In this document: one piece after another, positions 56,777 through 64,000 of the stretch
How positions within the stretch are numbered: the first letter of the stretch is position 1
Layout of the letters: the number at the start of each line of letters is the position of its first letter
Origin: Gemmatimonadota bacterium
Lineage (GTDB): Bacteria > Gemmatimonadota > Gemmatimonadetes > Longimicrobiales > Gaopeijiaceae
NCBI GenBank assembly: GCA_034521595.1
Contig: JAXHMG010000003.1
Coordinates: 2,976,001 to 3,040,000 of the forward strand
Length of the DNA: 64,000 nt
Direction: 5' to 3'
Position numbers and translations under genes: made by a program
The notes under the pieces: model-generated
Database searches by the model: none
Told to the model about the DNA's origin: nothing
What the model saw: only the letters and a program-made list of their open reading frames with translations

Positions 56777-57778
56777 CTAGGAGGCCTTCCGCGCGGCGCG
56801 TGAGACCCGGTCGGCCACGATGAGGGAGCCGTGCTCGCGGCCGTTCTCGATGAAGATCTTGTTGGCATCGTTGCCGGCCGCGATCACTCCCGCGATGTAG
56901 ACGCCGGGTACGTTCGTCTCCATCGTCGCGGGATCGTGCGCGGGAACGTTCGTCGTCTCGTCCACGTCCACGCCCAGCGCCCGGAGCGGCGCGGGATCCG
57001 CCCGCCACCCGGTCATCGCGACGACGAAGTCGTTGACGACCGTGGTTTCCTCGCCGGTGTCCACGTGATGGAGCACTACCGAGTCCTGACGGATCTCCTT
57101 CACCCGGTGCTTCCAATAGGGCGTGATCTCACCCCGCTCCAGCCGGTTCGTGATATCGGGCACGACCCACGGCTTCACGCCCCGGTCGATCTCGTCCAGG
57201 AAGTGCGCGAGGGAAACCCGCGCGCCGTTGCGGTACATCTCGAGCGCCGCTTCCACCGCCGAGTTCCCGGCTCCGACGACGAGAACGTCCTGGTCGTAGT
57301 ACGGATAGGGCTCGTGGTAGTAGTGGCGCACCTTCTCGAGGTCCTCGCCCGGCACGTCGAGCATGTTCGGCCGGTCGAACCCGCCGGTCGCCACGACGAC
57401 GGCTCTGGCCTCTTGGACGTGCTCGGAGCCGTCCCGTCCGCGGGTGCGGACCGTGAACGCCCCTTCGCTGCCCGCGATCTCGACGACCTCCTCGTACTGG
57501 CGGACGTCGATCTCCCAGTGCTCGACCACCCGGCGGTAGTAGGCGAGCGCTTCTCGTCGCGTGGGCTTGGACTCGGGGATGGTGAACGGGACGTCCCCGA
57601 CCTCCAGCATCACCGCGGTGCTGAAGAAGGTCATGTAGTAGGGGTAGTCGATCAGGGAGTTCGCCACGCATCCCTTGTCGTACAAGCGACACGAGAGGCC
57701 CTTCGCCTGCGCGGCGGCTCCTACGGCGATGCCGCACGGTCCCGCCCCCACCACGATCAGATCTAATCGGTTCGACAT
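56777..57778 (-). CDS. ypdA: YpdA-family putative bacillithiol disulfide reductase
   Basis: Motifs VGAGPCG, KGC..NS...YP..M.FFST, KPTR.EAL.YY, GAGNSA, VKPWV.PDI.NR, IFIENGREH. Confidence 0.88.
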   Translation of the reverse strand: MSNRLDLIVVGAGPCGIAVGAAAQAKGLSCRLYDKGCVANSLIDYPYYMTFFSTAVMLEVGDVPFTIPESKPTRREALAYYRRVVEHWEIDVRQYEEVVEIAGSEGAFTVRTRGRDGSEHVQEARAVVVATGGFDRPNMLDVPGEDLEKVRHYYHEPYPYYDQDVLVVGAGNSAVEAALEMYRNGARVSLAHFLDEIDRGVKPWVVPDITNRLERGEITPYWKHRVKEIRQDSVVLHHVDTGEETTVVNDFVVAMTGWRADPAPLRALGVDVDETTNVPAHDPATMETNVPGVYIAGVIAAGNDANKIFIENGREHGSLIVADRVSRAARKAS

Positions 57779-57853
57779 AGCCGACCGATAACCCTATCGG
57801 AACGGACTGTTCCACCATTGCCGCGGGCGTCTCCCTCGGCCAAACTGAATCCC

Positions 57854-58111
57854 ATGGAATCTGCGGAATCCGAAGCACGGAAAGCGTTGAACCGCCTCCG
57901 GCGCGCGGCCGAGAAGGCCGACCGCGAGCTCGAGACGCTCACGGGTGCCCTTCGTCACGCCGAAGGGGACGATTTCCCCTCCGATCGGTACGAGGAGCTC
58001 GCCCGGTCGGTCCGGTCTCTCCTCGATTTCACCGAGGAGGAAGGCGACCGCCTGCGGGAGAAGCTTCTACACGCGGGTGGGCTCGAAGCAGGGAGGGTCC
58101 GGCGGGGCTGA
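57854..58111 (+). CDS. Small helical hypothetical protein (85 aa)
   Basis: Coiled-coil-like charged ORF that fills the gap, with host-like codons. Confidence 0.55.
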   Translation: MESAESEARKALNRLRRAAEKADRELETLTGALRHAEGDDFPSDRYEELARSVRSLLDFTEEEGDRLREKLLHAGGLEAGRVRRG

Positions 58112-58125
58112 CGACGGGTGCCAGA

Positions 58126-60417
58126 CTAGAACCGGTAGGTATAGCTCAGCTTGACCGAGGCGCCGCGTGAGAGCGTGACGAGGTCGGGATTGTCGAGCAG
58201 CCCCGCGCCGAAGTTCTGCCAGTTCTGCGTGTACACCAGGAAGAGGTCGCTTCCCGGGGTCACGATCCACCGGAGACGGGCGAACAACCCTACGAGCTCC
58301 GTCTGGTCGTCGTACTGGAGCTGCGTGGTCGTGCTCACCCACGGCGACGGGTTCCATTCTCCCTCGAGCTCGTACACGTCCGCCGTGAAGCTCCCCTGCG
58401 GCAGGGTCACGTCGTTGTGCTCGAAGTTCGTGGAGATGCTCAGTCCGGGCGCCGGCCGGAACGTGACGCGCGCGTTGTAACCGAGCTGGTCGCCGTTCCA
58501 GAAGCCGCCCCAACCGAAGCCGCCCCAGAGCGAGACCTTCCGCCGGCCCGCCGTGCGACCGAAGACCCTGTAGTCCCAGTTCGTGTATCCACCGGGCTGG
58601 ATCGGCACGTCGAAGATCGCGAACGATCGGTCCAGGAACTCATAGGTGCGGGTCGCCTGGAGGTTGAACCCGTCTCCGCTCTCGAAATTGACCCCGAGCG
58701 GTTGGAACTGCCACTGGCGTTCTTCGAGCACCCCGGTGTCGAGCTGCGTCAGGTTGCGGAACTGCGCCGACCAGTCGATCTCCCGAATCCACGGGATGCT
58801 CTCGGGGCGGTGTGTATAGCCGATTCGGGGCTCGACACGCCGGAAGTTCCTCCGGGTCACGAACCCCACGGCCGGCCGGTAATCCTCGCCGAACTCCCGG
58901 TACGAGAGGTGTCCGCTCCATTCGGGGTTCGGAAAGTTCAGGCGGAAACCACGCGCGGAGAGGTCGCCGAAGGAGCGCTCGACGGACGGCTCGGGGTTCG
59001 AATTCCAGACGACGAATGCTTCGAGCTCGGCGTTGTGGTCCCCCATGAAGTTACGGGTCCCGAGGTCGAGGTCGATGCCGGCCGTGTGGGCGTCGTTGGG
59101 CGCGAATCCGGTCTCGTCCGGGGCGGTCGCCCGCCGGGTGTAGATCGCTCCGATCGCCGACTGCTCGAAGATCCGACGCTTCACGCGAGCGACCGTGAAG
59201 TCCTCGCTGGGGATCTCGACGGCCTCGCCGTCTTCGTCGAGGAACCGCTCGCGTCCCGTGCCGATCTGGTAGAACCCGAGCTCGTAGCGGTCGGCCTGTC
59301 CGGTGAGGCGGGCCCCGTAGTCGATGGGGATCGCCCGTCCCGACGTGAGGCCGATGCGGCGGGAGAAGAAGGGTTGGGGGTTGCTCCGGGGCGCGAACGA
59401 GAAGACGCTGGAGCCTTCGAGGAAGAAGTCGCGCTGCTCGGGGAAGCGCTGCGGGAAGCGGGTCAGGTTCACCTGTCGCTGGTCGCTCTCCACCTCGGCG
59501 AAGTCCGTGTTCAGGCTCACGGAGGCCCGAAGGCTCGAGGTCAGGCTGTAGTTGAGGTCCAGGCTGACGTCCCGGGGATAGGTGTTCGGCTCGCTCACGT
59601 TCGCGGGTGTGTTCCGCCAGCTCGCGACCGCCGAGGGGACGGCCTCGAGCCCGATGCCCTGCGAAAGGTTCTCGAGCCCCTCGAGCCGCCCCGCGAAGAT
59701 CGGGCTGAACAGACCCTCCCCGCGACGCCATCCCCGCCAGAGGATTTCCTCGTTCCGGCGTCGGATGGTCCGCTGGAAGTTGATGCCCCAGCTGTCGATG
59801 CTCGGATTGAAGTTGAGCGTCCGGAACGGAATCCGGATCTCGGCCGACCACCCGTCGGGACGCATCGCGGTGCGGGCCTCCCAGATGCCGTCCCACGCCT
59901 TGTTGATGCCGCCCCCGCCACCCGGGCCGCGCCCGCCCCCTCCGCCGGTGAGGATGCCGTCGCCCATCAGCCCGGCGGCGTTGATCTCGAAGAAGTATCC
60001 GGTCCGTCCGTCCCGGAACGTGTCCAGAATCCACATGAACCGGTCGTCGGTGCCCAGACGGGCGTCCCTCTGACGCTGATACGCCAGCACGCGGTCGGGG
60101 TCGTCGTAGATGACGGCGCCGATGTACAGGTGGTCCTCGTCGAACAGCACCCGGACCTCGGTGGGTTGCGATGGGGCCGCTCCTTCCACCGGCTCCTGCT
60201 GCGTGAAGTCCGTGATGGGCCGGGCTCGCTCCCACAGCTCCTCGTCGAGCCGGCCGTCCACGTCGAGCTCGGCTCCGTCGGGCAACGGCTCCGCGATCAG
60301 CGCGATCTCCTCGTCTCCATCGTCCGAGGGCTCCGTTGGCGTTTGAGCCGAGACGGTCGAGAGGGAGGTGAGCACGACCATCAGCGCGAGGAGGGTCGAA
60401 TGGATCACGGGTGTCAT
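58126..60417 (-). CDS. Second DUF5916 / CBM9-like domain protein
   Basis: Signal peptide, VDGRLDE..W, WSAEIRIPFRTL, NTDFAEVESD, FPEQRDFFLE, FFSRRIG. Confidence 0.82.
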   Translation of the reverse strand: MTPVIHSTLLALMVVLTSLSTVSAQTPTEPSDDGDEEIALIAEPLPDGAELDVDGRLDEELWERARPITDFTQQEPVEGAAPSQPTEVRVLFDEDHLYIGAVIYDDPDRVLAYQRQRDARLGTDDRFMWILDTFRDGRTGYFFEINAAGLMGDGILTGGGGGRGPGGGGGINKAWDGIWEARTAMRPDGWSAEIRIPFRTLNFNPSIDSWGINFQRTIRRRNEEILWRGWRRGEGLFSPIFAGRLEGLENLSQGIGLEAVPSAVASWRNTPANVSEPNTYPRDVSLDLNYSLTSSLRASVSLNTDFAEVESDQRQVNLTRFPQRFPEQRDFFLEGSSVFSFAPRSNPQPFFSRRIGLTSGRAIPIDYGARLTGQADRYELGFYQIGTGRERFLDEDGEAVEIPSEDFTVARVKRRIFEQSAIGAIYTRRATAPDETGFAPNDAHTAGIDLDLGTRNFMGDHNAELEAFVVWNSNPEPSVERSFGDLSARGFRLNFPNPEWSGHLSYREFGEDYRPAVGFVTRRNFRRVEPRIGYTHRPESIPWIREIDWSAQFRNLTQLDTGVLEERQWQFQPLGVNFESGDGFNLQATRTYEFLDRSFAIFDVPIQPGGYTNWDYRVFGRTAGRRKVSLWGGFGWGGFWNGDQLGYNARVTFRPAPGLSISTNFEHNDVTLPQGSFTADVYELEGEWNPSPWVSTTTQLQYDDQTELVGLFARLRWIVTPGSDLFLVYTQNWQNFGAGLLDNPDLVTLSRGASVKLSYTYRF

Positions 60418-60578
60418 CGATGCGTCTTGGGGTGGATGTCGTCGGGTCGTCGGGATGGGTGGTTGACTGTCCGCAGAGCCCGGGCGAGCTACAGAAGTGT
60501 GATGTACATTGTTTCGTCCTCCAGGGTCCGCGGCTTCCGTTCCGGCCGACCCGACCCGACACGCCCGAACCGACCGGC

Positions 60579-61691
60579 ATGACCACCAACGGCCCCACGG
60601 ACCACGCGTCCGCAGCGCTGATCCGAGACCTCCTCGCCGTTCTGGCCGAGGGGGTCGAGACCTGGCCGCGAGAGCGCTTCGAGGGGTTGGCCTTACGAGT
60701 GTTCCGCCACCAGTACGAGAGGAACGCCACGTACCGGCGCTTCTGCGAGGGACGGGGGCGGCGGCCGGACACCGTGACGTCGTGGACGGACGTGCCCGCG
60801 GTCCCGGTGAGCGCGTTCAAGGCGCTCGACCTGGCGTGCGGTGAGGCGGATCGGGCCGAGGCGGTGTTCCGGACGAGCGGCACCACGGGGGGAGCGGAGT
60901 CCCGGGGGCGTCACTTCGTGCCGTATCTCGACCTCTACCGGGCTTCACTGGAGCCTCCGTTCCGCTCCTACGTCGTGCCGGACGTGGAACGCATCCGCTT
61001 CGTGTCGCTCGTGCCTCGTGCGTCGGACCTCCCCGATTCGTCGCTCTCGTTCATGGTCACCGCGGCCGCGGCGCGGTGGGCTTCGGACGCGAGCTGGGTC
61101 GTGGACGCCGAGGGACGGCTCGACGAGGAGGCGTTGGCCCGAGCGCTCGCGGAGGCGGCCGAAGCCCGCGAGCCCGTGCTCCTTTTGGGCACGGCCTTCG
61201 CCTTCGTGCACGCGCTCGATCGGCATCCCTCGCCCCTGCGCGCGCTTCCGCCGGGGAGCCGGATCATGGAGACCGGAGGCTTCAAGGGCCGCTCGCGCGA
61301 GCTGACGAAGGACGAGCTCCACACGCTCCTCTCCGACCGGACGGGCGTGCCCCGTGCGCGCATCGTGAACGAGTACGGCATGACCGAGCTCCTTTCGCAA
61401 CTCTACGAGCCGGTCCTCGTGGAGGGAGCGGGCGCGGCCGGCACGCACCGTCCGCCCCCGTGGCTGGCCGTGCGGGCTCTGGATCCCGTCACCTTGGACC
61501 CCGTCACCGCCGGCGAGGAGGGCCTTTTGGCGTTCTTCGACCTGGCGAACGCGGGATCGGTGAGCCACGTGCTCACGGAGGATGTCGGCTCGGTCGTCGA
61601 CGGTCGCGTGAAGCTGGTCGGGCGCCTCGAAGGAGCGGAGCCCCGGGGATGCTCGCGGGCGATGGACGAGCTCATGTCGGCGGGGCGGTGA
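60579..61691 (+). CDS. LuxE-like acyl-protein synthetase
   Basis: Motifs F..QY..N..YRRFC, FRTSGTT, SSLSFM, METGGFKGR, NEYGMTELLSQ, TED.G, GR...AE.RGCS. Confidence 0.82.
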   Translation: MTTNGPTDHASAALIRDLLAVLAEGVETWPRERFEGLALRVFRHQYERNATYRRFCEGRGRRPDTVTSWTDVPAVPVSAFKALDLACGEADRAEAVFRTSGTTGGAESRGRHFVPYLDLYRASLEPPFRSYVVPDVERIRFVSLVPRASDLPDSSLSFMVTAAAARWASDASWVVDAEGRLDEEALARALAEAAEAREPVLLLGTAFAFVHALDRHPSPLRALPPGSRIMETGGFKGRSRELTKDELHTLLSDRTGVPRARIVNEYGMTELLSQLYEPVLVEGAGAAGTHRPPPWLAVRALDPVTLDPVTAGEEGLLAFFDLANAGSVSHVLTEDVGSVVDGRVKLVGRLEGAEPRGCSRAMDELMSAGR

Positions 61692-61692
61692 C

Positions 61693-63153
61693 ATGAGCCC
61701 GTCGTCTTCGTTCGACGCGTGGGCGGTTCCGGACGGCGTTCCGACGCTGCCCGGTACGCGCGAGGTGACCGCCTCGCCCGACCTGCAGGTCCGGTGTCCC
61801 ACCGCCGATCCGGACTGGATGCGCGCGGTCGTGCGGAGCCTGGGGGAGGGGCCGGCCGGAGCGGGAGCCGAGGACGAGCACGCCGTGACGGCGCGCGTCG
61901 AAGCGCTGGGCGCGGTCGGACGCCGCTTCCTGGACCCGGACGATCGGCTCCGGCGGGAGGCGCTCGCGCTGCTGCCGCCGACGTCCGGGCTTTCCGAGGC
62001 CATGGCGGAGGTGGTCCTGGACGGCATGGCGCGGGACTGGCTCCCCGAGCGACTGGCGCGCCTCGTGCGCGAGGAGCTGGGCGAGCGCCCCGCGCTCGGC
62101 CGTTTCGTGCCGAGCGGGGACCGCGCCGTCATGGCGGTCGCGCCCCGGCTCTGCGTGCAGTTGGTGGCGGGTAGCGTGCCCGGCGTCGCCGTGAACGCGT
62201 TGATCCGAAGCCTGCTGTTGGGCGCGCCGACGCTGCTGAAGCCCGGCTTCGGGGACGTGACGCTGCCCGTCCTGTTCGCGCGGGCGCTCCGCGAAGAGTC
62301 TCCCGACCTCGCGCGGCGGCTCGCGGTCGTCTACTGGCCGGGAGGCGAGGAAGAGCTGGAAGACGCGGTGCTGGCCGAAGCCGAGGTGGTCACGGTCTAC
62401 GGAAGCGACGCGACGGTGGCTTCGATCCGGTCGCGCGCGCCCGTGAGCGCCCGTGTCATCGGATACCATCACCGCAGCGGCGTGGGCGTCGTGGGGTCCG
62501 GTGTTCTGACTTCGCCCGGGGCGGCCGCCGAGGCCGCCCGGGCGGTCGCGCGCGCCGTGGCCGTATTCGACCAGCGCGGGTGCGTCTCACCGAGGGTCGT
62601 GTACGTGGAGGATGCCGGAGCGGATGTCGCGCCGCCCGGCTTCGCGCGGGAGCTCGCGCGCGCGCTGGACGGGCTGGAAGCGAAGCTGCCGTCCGGTGCG
62701 CTCGGCCGGCTCGAGCGGTCGGCCGTGCATCAGCTCAGGGGAACCGCGGAGATGCTCGCGGCGGGGTGGGGCGATGAGGCCGATGACCGGCCGCGGGTGA
62801 TGCACGGCGGAGACGCCGCGCCCTGGACCGTCTTCTACGATCCGTACCGGGCCCTCGAAACGAGCTGCGTTGGGCGGGTCGTCGTGGTGCGGCCGTTCCG
62901 CACCCCGGAGGAGCTCCATGCGCGGCTGGCCCCGGTGGGCCCGCACCTACAGACGGTGGGCGTGACCGGACTCGGCGACCGCCTCGAGGCGGTCGCCGAA
63001 GCGTTGGGCCGCATCGGGGTCGCGCGCGTCGCGCCCTTCGAGACGGTTCCTTTTCCGCCGCCGTGGTGGCATCATGACGGACGAGGACCGCTCAACGACC
63101 TCGTTCGCTGGGTCGATCTCGAAGGGGGCGGAGTCGGATTCGATGGCGATTAA
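61693..63153 (+). CDS. LuxC-like acyl-CoA reductase
   Basis: Motifs AG.VP, YW.GG, YGSD.T, FDQRGCVSP (catalytic Cys), HDGR.PL. Confidence 0.82.
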   Translation: MSPSSSFDAWAVPDGVPTLPGTREVTASPDLQVRCPTADPDWMRAVVRSLGEGPAGAGAEDEHAVTARVEALGAVGRRFLDPDDRLRREALALLPPTSGLSEAMAEVVLDGMARDWLPERLARLVREELGERPALGRFVPSGDRAVMAVAPRLCVQLVAGSVPGVAVNALIRSLLLGAPTLLKPGFGDVTLPVLFARALREESPDLARRLAVVYWPGGEEELEDAVLAEAEVVTVYGSDATVASIRSRAPVSARVIGYHHRSGVGVVGSGVLTSPGAAAEAARAVARAVAVFDQRGCVSPRVVYVEDAGADVAPPGFARELARALDGLEAKLPSGALGRLERSAVHQLRGTAEMLAAGWGDEADDRPRVMHGGDAAPWTVFYDPYRALETSCVGRVVVVRPFRTPEELHARLAPVGPHLQTVGVTGLGDRLEAVAEALGRIGVARVAPFETVPFPPPWWHHDGRGPLNDLVRWVDLEGGGVGFDGD

Positions 63154-63344
63154 TCCTCTTCGGGTTGCTGCTCCGCCCTCCACACGACCATCTGCCGGCC
63201 ACCGTTCGGGTTTTCCTCGACTCGGACCGTAAGTGAGTCCCCTTCATCGATTCCCAGGTCGTCGCGCATATCCAGTGGAATCGTGATCCGGCCGCCCACG
63301 CCGACAGTAACGTCCGTGTAGTAGAGCGTCCGATAGATTGCCAT
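63150..63344 (-). CDS. AbrB/MazE/SpoVT-family DNA-binding protein
   Basis: RBS GAGGAGG. Motif VGVGGRITIP.DMRDDLGIDEGD.L. Confidence 0.8.
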   Translation of the reverse strand: MAIYRTLYYTDVTVGVGGRITIPLDMRDDLGIDEGDSLTVRVEENPNGGRQMVVWRAEQQPEED

Positions 63345-63460
63345 CGAGCCTCCTCGTGTTCGCAACAGAGCCGAGTAATCTAAACAAAGTCGCATGCCTC
63401 GGGTACGGACGCCGCGCGTCCCACGCTACACGGAGCATCCCACCACACCATGACCCGTTG

Positions 63461-64000
63461 ATGACCGACTACGAGCTCGCCGTGCGCATGCAGGGGGTGA
63501 CCAAGCGCTTCGGGTCCCATAATGCCGTGTCGGACTTGGATCTGGATGTTCCGGCGGGGTCCATCTACGGCCTTCTCGGACCCAACGGATCCGGCAAGAC
63601 GACGGCGATCCGGATGATCATGGGGATCCTGCATCCGGATGTCGGGACCGTGAGCCTGTTCGGAAGTAACCCGGATCTCTCGCGGCGGGAACGGGTCGGC
63701 TACTTACCCGAAGAGCGGGGCGTCTATCGGAAGATGAAGGTCATGGATCTGCTCCTCTTTCTGGCCGAGATCCGTGGCATCTCCCGGGCCGAGGGACGCA
63801 GGCGCGCCTCGGCGTGGTTGGACCGGCTCGATCTCGGGCCGTGGGCCGAGCGGCGGGTCGAGGATCTCTCCAAGGGTATGCAGCAGAAGGTCCAGTTCGT
63901 GGGCACCGTCATACACGAGCCGCGCCTCCTGATTCTCGACGAGCCCTTCAGCGGGCTCGACCCGATCAACCAGGACGTGCTCGAAGGCATCGTGCGGGAG
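63461..64000 (+). CDS. ABC transporter ATP-binding protein (3'-truncated)
   Basis: Read by hand: MTDYELAVRMQGVTKRFG, Walker A GPNGSGKTT, GYLPEERG, LSKGMQQK, LILDEPFSGLDP. Confidence 0.9.
   Translation, partial: MTDYELAVRMQGVTKRFGSHNAVSDLDLDVPAGSIYGLLGPNGSGKTTAIRMIMGILHPDVGTVSLFGSNPDLSRRERVGYLPEERGVYRKMKVMDLLLFLAEIRGISRAEGRRRASAWLDRLDLGPWAERRVEDLSKGMQQKVQFVGTVIHEPRLLILDEPFSGLDPINQDVLEGIVRE

Noticed and set aside
60579-63153. Bioluminescence operon
   Set aside because: No luxA, luxB or luxD in the window.
63150-63344. Toxin-antitoxin module
   Set aside because: The AbrB-like gene has no adjacent toxin ORF. Its 3' end abuts the convergent luxC-like gene.

Overview
High-GC bacterial chromosomal window. 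Gene content (DUF5916 proteins, TonB-C and six-bladed propeller genes, YpdA, LuxE/LuxC pair) suggests Gemmatimonadota; this is inference, as no marker gene is present. From left to right it holds: a translationally coupled glcDEF / flavin reductase / M20 / DUF1611-like / GNAT / OSBS-NSAR operon; an orphan GspE/PilB ATPase; a TRAP-TAXI transporter; an A-family heme-copper oxidase operon whose subunit I appears to lack the whole K-channel; a decayed tonB; vWA, mutY, ldhA, ppsA and an SLC13 permease; a ~3.8 kb AT-richer cassette bounded by 44-bp direct repeats (TonB-C protein, small secreted 4-Cys peptide, CxxC protein, beta-propeller lipoprotein, AraC-like regulator); a chelatase-like AAA ATPase; ETF-QO; a MITE-like element; ggt; lon; two UGA-recoded selenoprotein genes that the ORF track splits (selD and a UxxC peroxiredoxin-like lipoprotein); ypdA; luxE/luxC-like genes; an AbrB-like gene; and a truncated ABC ATPase. 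I saw no rRNA, tRNA or CRISPR array. The best candidates for new biology are the peptide cassette and the K-channel-less oxidase. All family calls come from motif recognition by eye, with no database search.
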